From Eubacteriales bacterium (GTDB taxonomy: Bacteria > Bacillota > Clostridia > Oscillospirales > CAG-272): a DNA stretch of 64,000 bases. Shown one piece after another: positions 9,252-18,367 of the stretch. The stretch covers positions 1,148 to 65,147 of the forward strand of contig JBGVRO010000027.1 of the NCBI GenBank assembly GCA_045128515.1. Reading direction: 5' to 3'. A program made the position numbers and the translations under genes. The number at the start of each line of letters is the position of its first letter. The stretch's first letter is position 1. The notes beneath the pieces were generated by a model. The model was not told where the DNA came from and made no database searches. It saw only the letters and a program-made list of their open reading frames with translations.

Positions 9252-10070
9252 CTCGAAGTGAGTTCCGCAGGTGAAGTTTTCGAGGTGAATACACTTCTTA
9301 GGACATACCTGCTGACAGGATCCGCATCCTGTACACTTTTCGTAATCGATTACAGCAAGGTTGTTTACTACCTTGATTGCGCCCTCGGGACAGGTCTTCT
9401 GGCACTTCATACAACCGATACAACCGTTGGAGCAAGCCTTGTTTGTTACAGCACCCTTATCATTGCTGGAGCACTTAACAACTACACGGGTAGATTCGCT
9501 TACGATATGAATAATGCCGTTAGGACAAGTCTTTGCACAAAGACCGCATCCTATACACTTGGTAGGATCGACGTCTGCAACACCGTTTTCGGGGTTGATA
9601 GTAATTGCATCCTTAGGACATACTGCGATACAATCGCCGTAGCCAAGACAAGCGTAGGTACATACGGTATCACCGGAGTAAGAGAGCTTTGCTGCCTTAC
9701 AGGACTTAGTTCCGTCGTAAACGTACTTTCTGTCCTCAGGCTTACAATGACCGTTACAAGCAACGTAAGCAACCTTTGCATCAACGTCACCTGCTGCAAG
9801 ACCTACGATCTCACCAATCTGAGCTGCAACGTCAGCGCCACCGGGGATACAGAGGCTGGGGTTATCGCACTCGCCCTCACCGAGAGCCTTAGCATAACCG
9901 TCACAGCCCGAATAACCGCAGGCACCACAGTTAGCGCCGGGAAGGCAGTCACGAACAGCAACGACCTTCTCATTTTCCTTAACTGCAAAGAAGCTTGCAG
10001 CAAGGGTAAGAACAATAGCACAAATAAGAGCAATCAGCGCAAGAACGCCTAAAGCAATGAGTATTTCCAT
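9249..10070 (-). CDS. rnfB: Rnf complex subunit B (polyferredoxin)
   Basis: LPGANCGACGYSGC plus several CxxCxxCxxxCP motifs; last gene of rnfCDGEAB. Confidence 0.95.
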   Translation of the reverse strand: MEILIALGVLALIALICAIVLTLAASFFAVKENEKVVAVRDCLPGANCGACGYSGCDGYAKALGEGECDNPSLCIPGGADVAAQIGEIVGLAAGDVDAKVAYVACNGHCKPEDRKYVYDGTKSCKAAKLSYSGDTVCTYACLGYGDCIAVCPKDAITINPENGVADVDPTKCIGCGLCAKTCPNGIIHIVSESTRVVVKCSSNDKGAVTNKACSNGCIGCMKCQKTCPEGAIKVVNNLAVIDYEKCTGCGSCQQVCPKKCIHLENFTCGTHFE

Positions 10071-10082
10071 TTTCTTACCTCC

Positions 10083-10688
10083 TTAATTCATGCCGAGCAT
10101 ACCGTCGATAACGCCTGCAAATCCGTAGAATGCAAGAGAAACGATAGCAGCAGCGATAAGAGTTGCGGGAAGACCCTTAATAGCCTTAGGAGCAGGACAG
10201 TTATCGGTCTTGGAACGAACACCTGCGAAGAGAACCATTGCGAAGAGGAAGCCGAGACCTACACCAAGAGAGGAGAGGAGAGCGGTTCCAAAGTTGGTTA
10301 CGTAGTCGTAGGAAAGGTTGTCGATTGCGATACCAAGCACTGCACAGTTGGTAGTGATAAGAGGAAGATATACACCGAGAGACTTATAAAGCGCGGGAAT
10401 AAACTTCTTTAAGATTATCTCAACGAACTGAACGAGAGCTGCGATAACGAGAATGAATACGATGGTCTGAAGATATTCAAGCTTGAATGCCTCAAGAACA
10501 TGCTTCTGGATAGGATAGGTAACCGCGGTAGCAACGAGCATTACGAAGATAACTGCTGCGCCCATACCTGCTGCCTGGTCAAACTTCTTGGAAACTCCGA
10601 GGAAGGGACAAATACCGGTTGTCTGCTGAAGAACGTAGTTATTCGCAAAAACACCAACCAAAATGATATAAAGTAATTCTTTTAACAT
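10083..10688 (-). CDS. rnfA: Rnf complex subunit A
   Basis: GICPFLGVSK and YLPLITTNCAVLG motifs. Confidence 0.95.
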   Translation of the reverse strand: MLKELLYIILVGVFANNYVLQQTTGICPFLGVSKKFDQAAGMGAAVIFVMLVATAVTYPIQKHVLEAFKLEYLQTIVFILVIAALVQFVEIILKKFIPALYKSLGVYLPLITTNCAVLGIAIDNLSYDYVTNFGTALLSSLGVGLGFLFAMVLFAGVRSKTDNCPAPKAIKGLPATLIAAAIVSLAFYGFAGVIDGMLGMN

Positions 10689-11450
10689 TTATGCTTCCTC
10701 CTTCTTATTTTCTACGAGAGTGTTATTCTCGCTTGCAGAAACGAGCTCTGCATTTTCAGAGCAGGAAACTCTGCCACAGATAGATGCGGAGGGACAACCC
10801 TCGCAGGAGAAGTTCTTTCTCTTTTCAGCGCCCTTCTTAGGACCGATAACGTTAACGATAGCGATAAGGATACCGTAAACAAGGAAGCCACCGGGAGCTG
10901 CAGTAAGAATAGGAATGTTGTACTCACAGAGTACGGGAATCTTGATAGCCTCAAGGCCGAGAGCATCAAGGTTGATCATACCTGTACCGAAGATCTCTCT
11001 GATAAACGCCATAAGGAAGAGAGCAATAAGGAAACCGAGACCCATGCCGAGACCGTCGAGTGCGGAATCAAGGGGCTTGTTCTTTCTTGCAAACATCTCT
11101 GCTCTACCAAGAATGATACAGTTAACAACTATAAGTGCAAGCCATGTACCAAGCAGACTGTAAATATCAGGAAGGAATGCCTGAAGAAGCATCTGAATAA
11201 TGGTAACGAAGCCTGCGATAACTACGATGTAGCAGGGGATACGAACTGTATCGGGAATGATTTTTCTAAGAAGCGAAATAAGTGTGTTGGAGCAGATAAG
11301 AACCAGGGTTGCCGCAATACCCATGGATATTGCGGAAACGATGCTGGTGGAAACTGCGAGTACGGGACAAGTACCAAGGACGAGAACGAGAACGGGGTTC
11401 TCAGCAATAAGACCCTTAAGTACGATCCAAAGCTTGCTGTTCTTATTCAT
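10689..11450 (-). CDS. rnfE: Rnf complex subunit E with Cys-rich C-terminal tail
   Basis: ENP..VL.LG.CP.LA, LIVVNCIILGRAE and PGGF motifs; tail CEGCPSASIC. Confidence 0.95.
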   Translation of the reverse strand: MNKNSKLWIVLKGLIAENPVLVLVLGTCPVLAVSTSIVSAISMGIAATLVLICSNTLISLLRKIIPDTVRIPCYIVVIAGFVTIIQMLLQAFLPDIYSLLGTWLALIVVNCIILGRAEMFARKNKPLDSALDGLGMGLGFLIALFLMAFIREIFGTGMINLDALGLEAIKIPVLCEYNIPILTAAPGGFLVYGILIAIVNVIGPKKGAEKRKNFSCEGCPSASICGRVSCSENAELVSASENNTLVENKKEEA

Positions 11451-13333
11451 TAGTTGGTACCTCCTTCAATAATTTCGATAGCGGTGAAGCAACGAAGAAT
11501 AGCTTCCTTATAACCGCCGGTAGTATTGGTAGTTCCTGCAACGGTATCAACTTCACCTGCTTCTGTCTCATTCTTACCAATGAAGTTAGAGTTGTACGCG
11601 CCATCCTCAAGCTGAGGACCACCCCATGTGGGAGTCTCCTTGTGGCTGATAGTCTGAGAATCAATGATAATGCCGTCAGCAGAAATAGAAACCTTAATAG
11701 TATAACGCTCACCGGATGCGTGCTCGTGGCTGGGATCACCCTTCTTACCGTGACCGTCACACTGGATCTCGATAACGTAGTTGCCGGTTGCGGTCTTCTG
11801 AACGGAATTGATAACTCTGAAGATTCTTCTGATATCTGTAGCAACTCCGGACTGGTTGTACATAGAAACGTCAATGTCTGTAAGCTGAGTTGCAGATACG
11901 ATTGCAACAGCAGCCTCTGCAAGAGCATTGTTCTCGTTGTCGCCAAGAGCAACACCGTCAGAGCCAACACCGATGAATGTACCGGTAGAATCAGTACCGA
12001 TCACACATACGTAGCCTGCACCGTTGGTTGCCTCGTAGATCGCATCAAAGCCCTCAACGATCTCAACCATAAACATCTTGGTGAATTCACCCTCACCTGC
12101 AGGAAGAGCTGCGTCAAGTGCGTCAGCAAACTTCTCTTCCTCGGTTCTGGTATCAACCTCTTCACCGCTGAGGATCTTAGCAACGCTGAATGCGTTGAGA
12201 ATTGCGTTCTTATAAGCAGTAGTGGTAAATGTAACACCTGCAACGATATCAACACCACCTGCTTCTTCTTCATTCTTGCCAATGAAGCTTGCATTGAACT
12301 TGCCGTCCTGAAGATGAGTACCACCGATGTTATCGGTTTCTGCATGAGAAACGGTCTGAGCATCAACTATCTTGCCTTCTGCATCAATAACAACCATAAC
12401 AACGATGGGAGTATCAGCAGTATAGTTACCGGAGGTCTTGATTTCGATTACGAATGTACCTGCGCCGGTCTTCTTTACAGAATTTACATAATTTGCAATA
12501 AGAGAATTATCCATATAAGGAGTGAGGTCTACGTCAACGGTTACGTTAGCCTTAACGCTTGCGATAGCAGCCTCAGCAAGAGCCTTATGCTCTGCACTCA
12601 TCTCACCAACTGCCTTGCCATCTGCATCAACGCCAAGGAAGATACCTGTAGAATCGGTACCGATTACGCAAACGTAACCCTTACCGTTTACCGCCTCGTA
12701 AACAGAGTCAATACCTTCAATAGCAGAGAGAAGAACAACCTTGGTGAATTCCTCACCACCCTCGGGAAGAGCTGCCTCAAGAGCATCCTGGAACTTCTCC
12801 TCCTCGGTACGGATATCAACAGAGCCACCACCGAGAATGGTCGCGGTATTGATAGCGTCCTTAACTGCAGCACGGTATGCGTTAACTGTAAGGCTGGTTG
12901 CACCTGCCTCAACGTCTACGATAGAGTTGATGTCGGAGCCTACAACCTTATCACCCATACCACCCTCAAGACCCCAGGTCTCGTTGGATGCGATACAGGT
13001 AGCACCGGTTACTACACCCTCGTTGGATACACCAACGATAATGATCATACCGCTTGCATAACCCTTGGTCTCAAGCTTGATAGCGTAGCCCATGCCACTC
13101 TTTTCTTTTTTAGCTTCCTTTACAGTCTTAGGAAGTGTGTACTGGGAGAGATCAACAGTTTCAAATCCGGTTGCGCCCTCCATAACGCTGAAGTAAGCCT
13201 CGTTAGCAGCCTGCTCAAGTCTGTCTGCAATAATGGGAGCAGTAACAGAGTTAACAGCCGCAAGAACGGTAGCGAATACAGCGCAAATTATTACAAGGAC
13301 AAGGACGTCCTTTAAAGATTTCTTAAAATCCAT
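11450..13333 (-). CDS. rnfG: Extended Rnf subunit G with three FMN-binding modules (627 aa)
   Basis: Lies between rnfD and rnfE; N-terminal TM and RnfG domain (ETWGLEG, AGAT); two further ~221-aa repeats ending in D.VAG.T.TT. Confidence 0.85.
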   Translation of the reverse strand: MDFKKSLKDVLVLVIICAVFATVLAAVNSVTAPIIADRLEQAANEAYFSVMEGATGFETVDLSQYTLPKTVKEAKKEKSGMGYAIKLETKGYASGMIIIVGVSNEGVVTGATCIASNETWGLEGGMGDKVVGSDINSIVDVEAGATSLTVNAYRAAVKDAINTATILGGGSVDIRTEEEKFQDALEAALPEGGEEFTKVVLLSAIEGIDSVYEAVNGKGYVCVIGTDSTGIFLGVDADGKAVGEMSAEHKALAEAAIASVKANVTVDVDLTPYMDNSLIANYVNSVKKTGAGTFVIEIKTSGNYTADTPIVVMVVIDAEGKIVDAQTVSHAETDNIGGTHLQDGKFNASFIGKNEEEAGGVDIVAGVTFTTTAYKNAILNAFSVAKILSGEEVDTRTEEEKFADALDAALPAGEGEFTKMFMVEIVEGFDAIYEATNGAGYVCVIGTDSTGTFIGVGSDGVALGDNENNALAEAAVAIVSATQLTDIDVSMYNQSGVATDIRRIFRVINSVQKTATGNYVIEIQCDGHGKKGDPSHEHASGERYTIKVSISADGIIIDSQTISHKETPTWGGPQLEDGAYNSNFIGKNETEAGEVDTVAGTTNTTGGYKEAILRCFTAIEIIEGGTN

Positions 13334-14280
13334 TATTTGCTACCTCTCTTTCCGAGAGCACGAGGTTTAGTCCAGCCCTCAATGTAAGGAGAAAGAATGT
13401 TCATAAAGAGAATTGCGAAGGAAACACCCTCGGGATAGTTACCGTAGAATCTAATAAGGAAGGTGATAAGACCGCAACCGAATGCGAAGATCATCTTGCC
13501 TGTACGTGTGATAGGAGTGGTAACGTAGTCGGTTGCCATAAATACTGCACCGAATACAAGGCCGCCACCGAGCACCTGATAAAGAGCAAGGTTAACGTCG
13601 CCTGTTACGATGAGAGAAAGAAGGAATACGGTAGCAACCATAATAAGAGGAGTTTCAAAGTTGATAACCTTACGTGCTACAAGATAGATGAAGCCGAGAG
13701 CAAGCGCGATCATACAGGTCTCACCGATAGAGCCGCCTCTTGTACCAAGAAGCATATCAACGATAGAGGGAAGCTCCTCACCCTTAGCAATTGCCTCAAG
13801 GGGAGTTGCACCTGCAACGAGATCGGGATTGAAGGCATGCTTGGGAGCAACGCCGCCTGCAAGAGCTCCGCTGAAGCAAACGAGCATAAATACTCTACCT
13901 GTCGCAGCAGGGTTAGCAAAGTTTGCACCAAGACCACCGAAGAGGCACTTAACGACTACGATAGCGAATACCGAGCCGAGAACGCACTGCCATACGGGAG
14001 CATCAGCACGAAGGCTGAGACCGAGGATAAGGCCGGTGATAATTGCGCTGAAATCAAATACTGTCTGTTCCTTCTTAACAGCAAGGTTGAAGAGGAACTC
14101 GGAAACTACAGCAGTAAGTACGCAAGTAAATACTACGAGCAACGCACGGATACCGTAGATAATTGCACCTGCAACAACAGCAGGAAGAAGTGCAATGATA
14201 ACGTCCAGCATAAGTCTGGGAGTATCGTGCTTAGTTCTGATGTGAGGGGAGGATGAAACTATAAGCTTATTCATTTTCAC
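13333..14280 (-). CDS. rnfD: Rnf complex subunit D
   Basis: SSSPHI, FGGLGAN.ANPA, AGATPL (FMN-Thr), FMATDYVTTP and YPEGVSFAIL motifs. Start is GTG 14280 or ATG 14274. Confidence 0.95.
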   Translation of the reverse strand: MKMNKLIVSSSPHIRTKHDTPRLMLDVIIALLPAVVAGAIIYGIRALLVVFTCVLTAVVSEFLFNLAVKKEQTVFDFSAIITGLILGLSLRADAPVWQCVLGSVFAIVVVKCLFGGLGANFANPAATGRVFMLVCFSGALAGGVAPKHAFNPDLVAGATPLEAIAKGEELPSIVDMLLGTRGGSIGETCMIALALGFIYLVARKVINFETPLIMVATVFLLSLIVTGDVNLALYQVLGGGLVFGAVFMATDYVTTPITRTGKMIFAFGCGLITFLIRFYGNYPEGVSFAILFMNILSPYIEGWTKPRALGKRGSK

Positions 14281-14289
14281 ATTACCTCC

Positions 14290-15612
14290 TTAGTTTTTCT
14301 TAGAAGCCAGCGTAGCACGCAGGTCATTCTTTGCAAGCTTGTTGTTTTCAACAAGAGGACGGCGAGAGGGACAAGCATAAGAGCAGCTGCCGCAATCAAT
14401 GCAGCTAAGCACGTTTTCGCTCTGAAGCATAGCCGCGCGCTCGTTCTTATCCTCGATCTTCATCGCCTTAACGAATGCAGTAGGATTAAGTCCCATAGGA
14501 CAGTGTGCAACGCACTTGCCGCAATGGATACAGGGATACTGAGTCTTAGGAAGAGAATCCTTAACGTTAAGAGCAAGAAGCGCGTTGGTGTTCTTATAAA
14601 TGGGAGCGTCAAGATCGTATGCCGCAATACCCATCATAGGACCACCGTAAAGCACCTTGCCGAGATCCTCAAAATCAGCATCACAGAAGGTAAGAACATC
14701 TCTAATGCTTGCACCAACGGGAACGTAAACGTTCTTGGGAGACTTAACAGCAGAACCGTCAACGGTAACGTGTCTCCAGGTATAGGGACGTCCTGTCTCA
14801 AGATAATCTGCCATAAAAGCAACCGACGTAACGTTGAACATTACGCAGCCAACGTCAGAGGGAAGCTTGCCATCAGGAATGATTCTGCCGAGAAGGGTGT
14901 AAACAAGGGTCTTCTCTGCACCCTGAGGATACTCAGAGGGAAGAGCAACAACCTTAACCTTGGGATCACCTGCAAACTCCTCGGTCATCTTCTTGATAGC
15001 CTCGGGCTTATTCTTTTCGATAGCAACGATGATCTGCTGAGGGCCGGGTATATACTCCTCAATAACCTTAACACCGCGAGCTACGTGATTTGCAGCATCG
15101 ATCATAGTACGGTTATCAACTGTGATGTAAGGCTCACACTCTGCACCGTTGATGATAATGGTGTCAATATTCTTGCTGATAGCGTTTTCAAACTTGTTAG
15201 CTGTGGGGAAGCCTGCGCCTCCGAGACCAACAAGACCACTCTCACGGATTGCCTGACAAAGCTCCTCCGCATTTGTAACAACGGGGGGAGTAATACCGGG
15301 ATCCAAGGTCATTTCTCCATCAGACTCAATGGTAATAGCCTGACAGGTCTTACCGTTAGCAAGAAGGAAGTCTCCAATCTTCTTAACGGTACCGGATACA
15401 GGGGAGTGGATAGGTGCACTTACCTTACCGTCTGCCTCTGCAACCTTTGTTCCAACACAGACCTTATCGTTTACCTTAACGACAGGAATAGCGGGCGCAC
15501 CGATATACTGAGACATAGGCAGAGTGATGACTGTGGGAGTCTGCATCTGGCTTGCTGTCATATCAGCGGTATGCTTTCTGTGAGGAAGTTTGATTTTTCC
15601 TAATTTAGACAT
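14290..15612 (-). CDS. rnfC: Rnf complex subunit C
   Basis: GLVGLGGAGFPT, NGAECEPY, YPQGAEK, GGPMMG and two 4Fe-4S motifs; start moved to ATG 15612. Confidence 0.95.
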   Translation of the reverse strand: MSKLGKIKLPHRKHTADMTASQMQTPTVITLPMSQYIGAPAIPVVKVNDKVCVGTKVAEADGKVSAPIHSPVSGTVKKIGDFLLANGKTCQAITIESDGEMTLDPGITPPVVTNAEELCQAIRESGLVGLGGAGFPTANKFENAISKNIDTIIINGAECEPYITVDNRTMIDAANHVARGVKVIEEYIPGPQQIIVAIEKNKPEAIKKMTEEFAGDPKVKVVALPSEYPQGAEKTLVYTLLGRIIPDGKLPSDVGCVMFNVTSVAFMADYLETGRPYTWRHVTVDGSAVKSPKNVYVPVGASIRDVLTFCDADFEDLGKVLYGGPMMGIAAYDLDAPIYKNTNALLALNVKDSLPKTQYPCIHCGKCVAHCPMGLNPTAFVKAMKIEDKNERAAMLQSENVLSCIDCGSCSYACPSRRPLVENNKLAKNDLRATLASKKN

Positions 15613-15667
15613 TCGCTTTTCTCCATTCTGCCGCGAAGCGGCGAGTTTTGCATTGTTTATATATTTT

Positions 15668-15685
15668 TTGATAAAAAAATAACAA
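15668..15685. promoter_or_regulatory. Candidate Rex operator in the rnf leader
   Basis: TTGATAA-AAAA-ATAACAA, two mismatches to TTGTTAA-N4-TTAACAA; between promoter and rnfC. Context is AT-rich, so chance match is possible. Confidence 0.4.
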
Positions 15686-15712
15686 AAATATTTATAATAT
15701 TGCATCTTTTAA

Positions 15713-15741
15713 ATAATAGCACAACTGTACTTAAAAGTCAA
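15713..15741 (-). promoter_or_regulatory. SigA-type promoter of the rnf operon
   Basis: TTGACT-17bp-TATTAT with extended TG on the minus strand. Confidence 0.6.
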
Positions 15742-15863
15742 GTGGATAAGTTTACAAATTAACCATTTATTATTTACAAATGTAAATAAAATAGGAAATT
15801 TTGACACAAAAGGATAAAAAAAGAGGCTGTCTAGCTGCGACAACCTCTTAAAATCATATTGAA

Positions 15864-16202
15864 TTAGCCTATAAATGAACCGAGAAAATCACCGAAGGCA
15901 ATGCCTGTGATCGAAAAAACCACGCCGAATATTGCGACGATAAGTGCGGCAAGCGAAAGCTTGTCAAAGTAGCCTAAATTTTTTCTGGAGATCACGCCTG
16001 CTCCCACAGAAGCAAGACCAAGAACAAGACCTAACCAAGGTAAAAATGAAAGTGAAACCGAAAGAATGGAGAGTGCAAGAGCGCCAACCGACCAGGTTCT
16101 TCTCTGTTCCTTGTTTTTAATAACCTTCTTGTATACGTATCCCGACTCACCACCGTTTTCATCAGAGGGGGTATTGTTATTCTCGTTAAACTCTGTGCTC
16201 AT
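15864..16202 (-). CDS. Small membrane protein (DUF4190-like)
   Basis: Acidic N-terminus, then 2-3 TM helices; followed by hairpin AAGAGGTTGTC/GACAGCCTCTT plus T-run. Confidence 0.6.
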   Translation of the reverse strand: MSTEFNENNNTPSDENGGESGYVYKKVIKNKEQRRTWSVGALALSILSVSLSFLPWLGLVLGLASVGAGVISRKNLGYFDKLSLAALIVAIFGVVFSITGIAFGDFLGSFIG

Positions 16203-16409
16203 ATCAAGTCTTCCTTTCTTTGTTTCTACCATAGTATTTTAACATACTTTTTAAAAATAATCAATCCCTTATCGAAAAAAGTTGTTTTTTATCTTTTTTT
16301 CGAGTTTTTTCTTTTCATGAATAAAATTGTCTTTTGAGTTAAATAATTCTTTCAAAACCGCATTTTAGTTGGCATAATGTAAAATATAGTTTGCAAATAA
16401 GAGGTTAAA

Positions 16410-16862
16410 ATGAATTCAAAAGACAAGAAATCGTTAATTAAACAATTTTCACCGGGTTCATCAATTTTAAAAAATTCTTTGTTAGCTTTTCTCTTTGGAG
16501 GCGCAATTTGTGTCATAGGACAGCTACTTTCGTTGCTGTACAGCTATCTTGGACTTGATAAAAAAACCGCAGGAACGCTTGTTACGGTAACCCTGATTTT
16601 TCTTGCGGCACTACTGACAGCACTCGGTATTTTTGATAAAATAGCCCGTCATGCCGGTGCAGGAACTCTGGTGCCTGTAACAGGATTTTCTAACGCAGTA
16701 GTCAGTCAGGCAATGGATGCCAAAAGCGAGGGTTACGTGCTTGGAGTAGGAGCAAAGATCTACACAGTCGCAGGCCCGGTAATTCTCTACGGTCTGTTAT
16801 CCGGTACGGTTTATGGGTTGATTTACTATATTTATCTCGTTGTGGAGGAGATGATGCGATGA
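16410..16862 (+). CDS. spoVAC: Stage V sporulation protein AC
   Basis: AFLFGGAIC.IGQ, AGAGTLVPVTGFSN, EG.VLGVG and AGPVILYG motifs. Confidence 0.92.
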   Translation: MNSKDKKSLIKQFSPGSSILKNSLLAFLFGGAICVIGQLLSLLYSYLGLDKKTAGTLVTVTLIFLAALLTALGIFDKIARHAGAGTLVPVTGFSNAVVSQAMDAKSEGYVLGVGAKIYTVAGPVILYGLLSGTVYGLIYYIYLVVEEMMR

Positions 16863-17866
16863 AACGAATTACAAGGCTGAAAACACCAATTCATTTCAAA
16901 AGCTGGGCTGCGGTTGGTGGCTACGAGGAAAGACGAGGACCGCTGGGAGAAAAATTTGATTTTTGTGACACCTCGGACAAGTTTGGACAAAAGACGTGGG
17001 AGCTTGCGGAAGCAGAGATGGGCAGAGTTGCACTTAACACTTCCCTCTCCAAGGTAAGCTTATCTCACAGCGACGTAGAGCTTCTAATAGCCGGAGATCT
17101 GCAAAATCAGTGCGTAGCCTCGTCGACCGGTCTATCAAGCTTCGGTATTCCCTTTTTAGGTGTATACGGTGCCTGCTCCACCTGTACCGAATCGATAATG
17201 ACGCTGTCATCCTTCATTGATTCATCCGAGGATATGCAGATCGGCGCGGCACTTACTACCTCCCACAATGCGGCTGCCGAAAGACAGTTCCGAACACCGA
17301 TCGAATACGGAGGACAAAGATCTCCCACAGCACAGTGGACGTCGACTGCCGCAGGAGCATTCATTCTTGCGAGAGGATACGGAGAGGTTATGATAACCGA
17401 ATATATGCCCGGCAGGATCGTTGACGGCTCTACCTCCGACGGAGCAAATATGGGCGGAGCTATGGCATTCGCCGCCTTCGACAGTATCAGCGCATATTTT
17501 ATGGAATCGGGTGAGGATATACGAAGCTTTGATTACATCGTGACGGGAGATCTCGGTAAGGTTGGATCTAACATTTTGAAAGAACTTTTATCCAAGGAGC
17601 TGCCCGGAACGGAGGGATTACACACCGACTGCGGACTTTTGCTGTACGATTTTCAGAATCAGGATGCACACAGCGGAGCATCGGGCTGTGGAACGTCGGC
17701 ATCTGTACTTGCATCTCACTTTTTGCCACTTTTAGCAGAGAAAAAAATACACAAGATCCTATTCCTGTCAACAGGCGCACTGATGAGTCCGTCAAGCCTG
17801 CTGCAAGGAGAAAATATTTACGGCATTGCGCCACTAATAAGACTTGAGTCGGGAGAGAAACAATGA
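16859..17866 (+). CDS. spoVAD: Stage V sporulation protein AD
   Basis: AGDLQNQC, YGACST, ERQFR.P.EYG, TGDLG, SGCG and TGALMSP motifs. Confidence 0.95.
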   Translation: MKRITRLKTPIHFKSWAAVGGYEERRGPLGEKFDFCDTSDKFGQKTWELAEAEMGRVALNTSLSKVSLSHSDVELLIAGDLQNQCVASSTGLSSFGIPFLGVYGACSTCTESIMTLSSFIDSSEDMQIGAALTTSHNAAAERQFRTPIEYGGQRSPTAQWTSTAAGAFILARGYGEVMITEYMPGRIVDGSTSDGANMGGAMAFAAFDSISAYFMESGEDIRSFDYIVTGDLGKVGSNILKELLSKELPGTEGLHTDCGLLLYDFQNQDAHSGASGCGTSASVLASHFLPLLAEKKIHKILFLSTGALMSPSSLLQGENIYGIAPLIRLESGEKQ

Positions 17867-18234
17867 CGATGACCGAGCAGATTTTTTTAACCTTTATTTC
17901 AGGTGGAATTATATGCGTTATTGCCCAGTTGCTGATAGATCTTACAAAGCTCACACCTGCAAGAATTCTCGTAAGCTACGTGTCGGCAGGCGTGTTTATT
18001 TATGCTGTGGGAGCATACGAGCCAATGTTTGAGATCTTCGGGGCGGGGGTATCCGTACCCCTTATCGGATTTGGCGCAAATATAGCGCGCGGTGTGAAGG
18101 AGGCGGTAGAAAAAGAGGGACTTATGGGTGTTCTCACAGGTGGACTTACTGCATCGGCTGCAGGTATTACCGCAGCCCTTCTTTTCGGTCTTTTCGCCTC
18201 GTTTTTATTCAAATCAAAGTCCAAAAGAATGTAA
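17863..18234 (+). CDS. spoVAE: Stage V sporulation protein AE(b)
   Basis: GGIICVIAQLLID.TKLTPARILV and GAG.SVPL.GFG motifs. Confidence 0.92.
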   Translation: MTMTEQIFLTFISGGIICVIAQLLIDLTKLTPARILVSYVSAGVFIYAVGAYEPMFEIFGAGVSVPLIGFGANIARGVKEAVEKEGLMGVLTGGLTASAAGITAALLFGLFASFLFKSKSKRM

Positions 18235-18290
18235 ACTATACTTTAAAATCAACCCCATAATTTATGTAAATGTTTTTTTACAGATTTATA

Positions 18291-18319
18291 TTGATTTTTT
18301 CTATTATATATGTTATAAT
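18291..18319 (+). promoter_or_regulatory. dnaA promoter
   Basis: TTGATT-17bp-TATAAT with extended TG. Confidence 0.65.
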
Positions 18320-18367
18320 ATATTGTATTATTATAATTGTATGAGTATTTAGAAAGGAAAAATCAAG

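Noticed and set aside
15742-15750. Isolated DnaA-box-like AGTGGATAA upstream of the rnf promoter
   Set aside because: A single one-mismatch site without a cluster is expected by chance.
16310-16409. SigG promoter for spoVA
   Set aside because: Expected biologically, and CATAAT/GAATA-like pieces are present, but I could not fix a convincing -35/-10 spacing.
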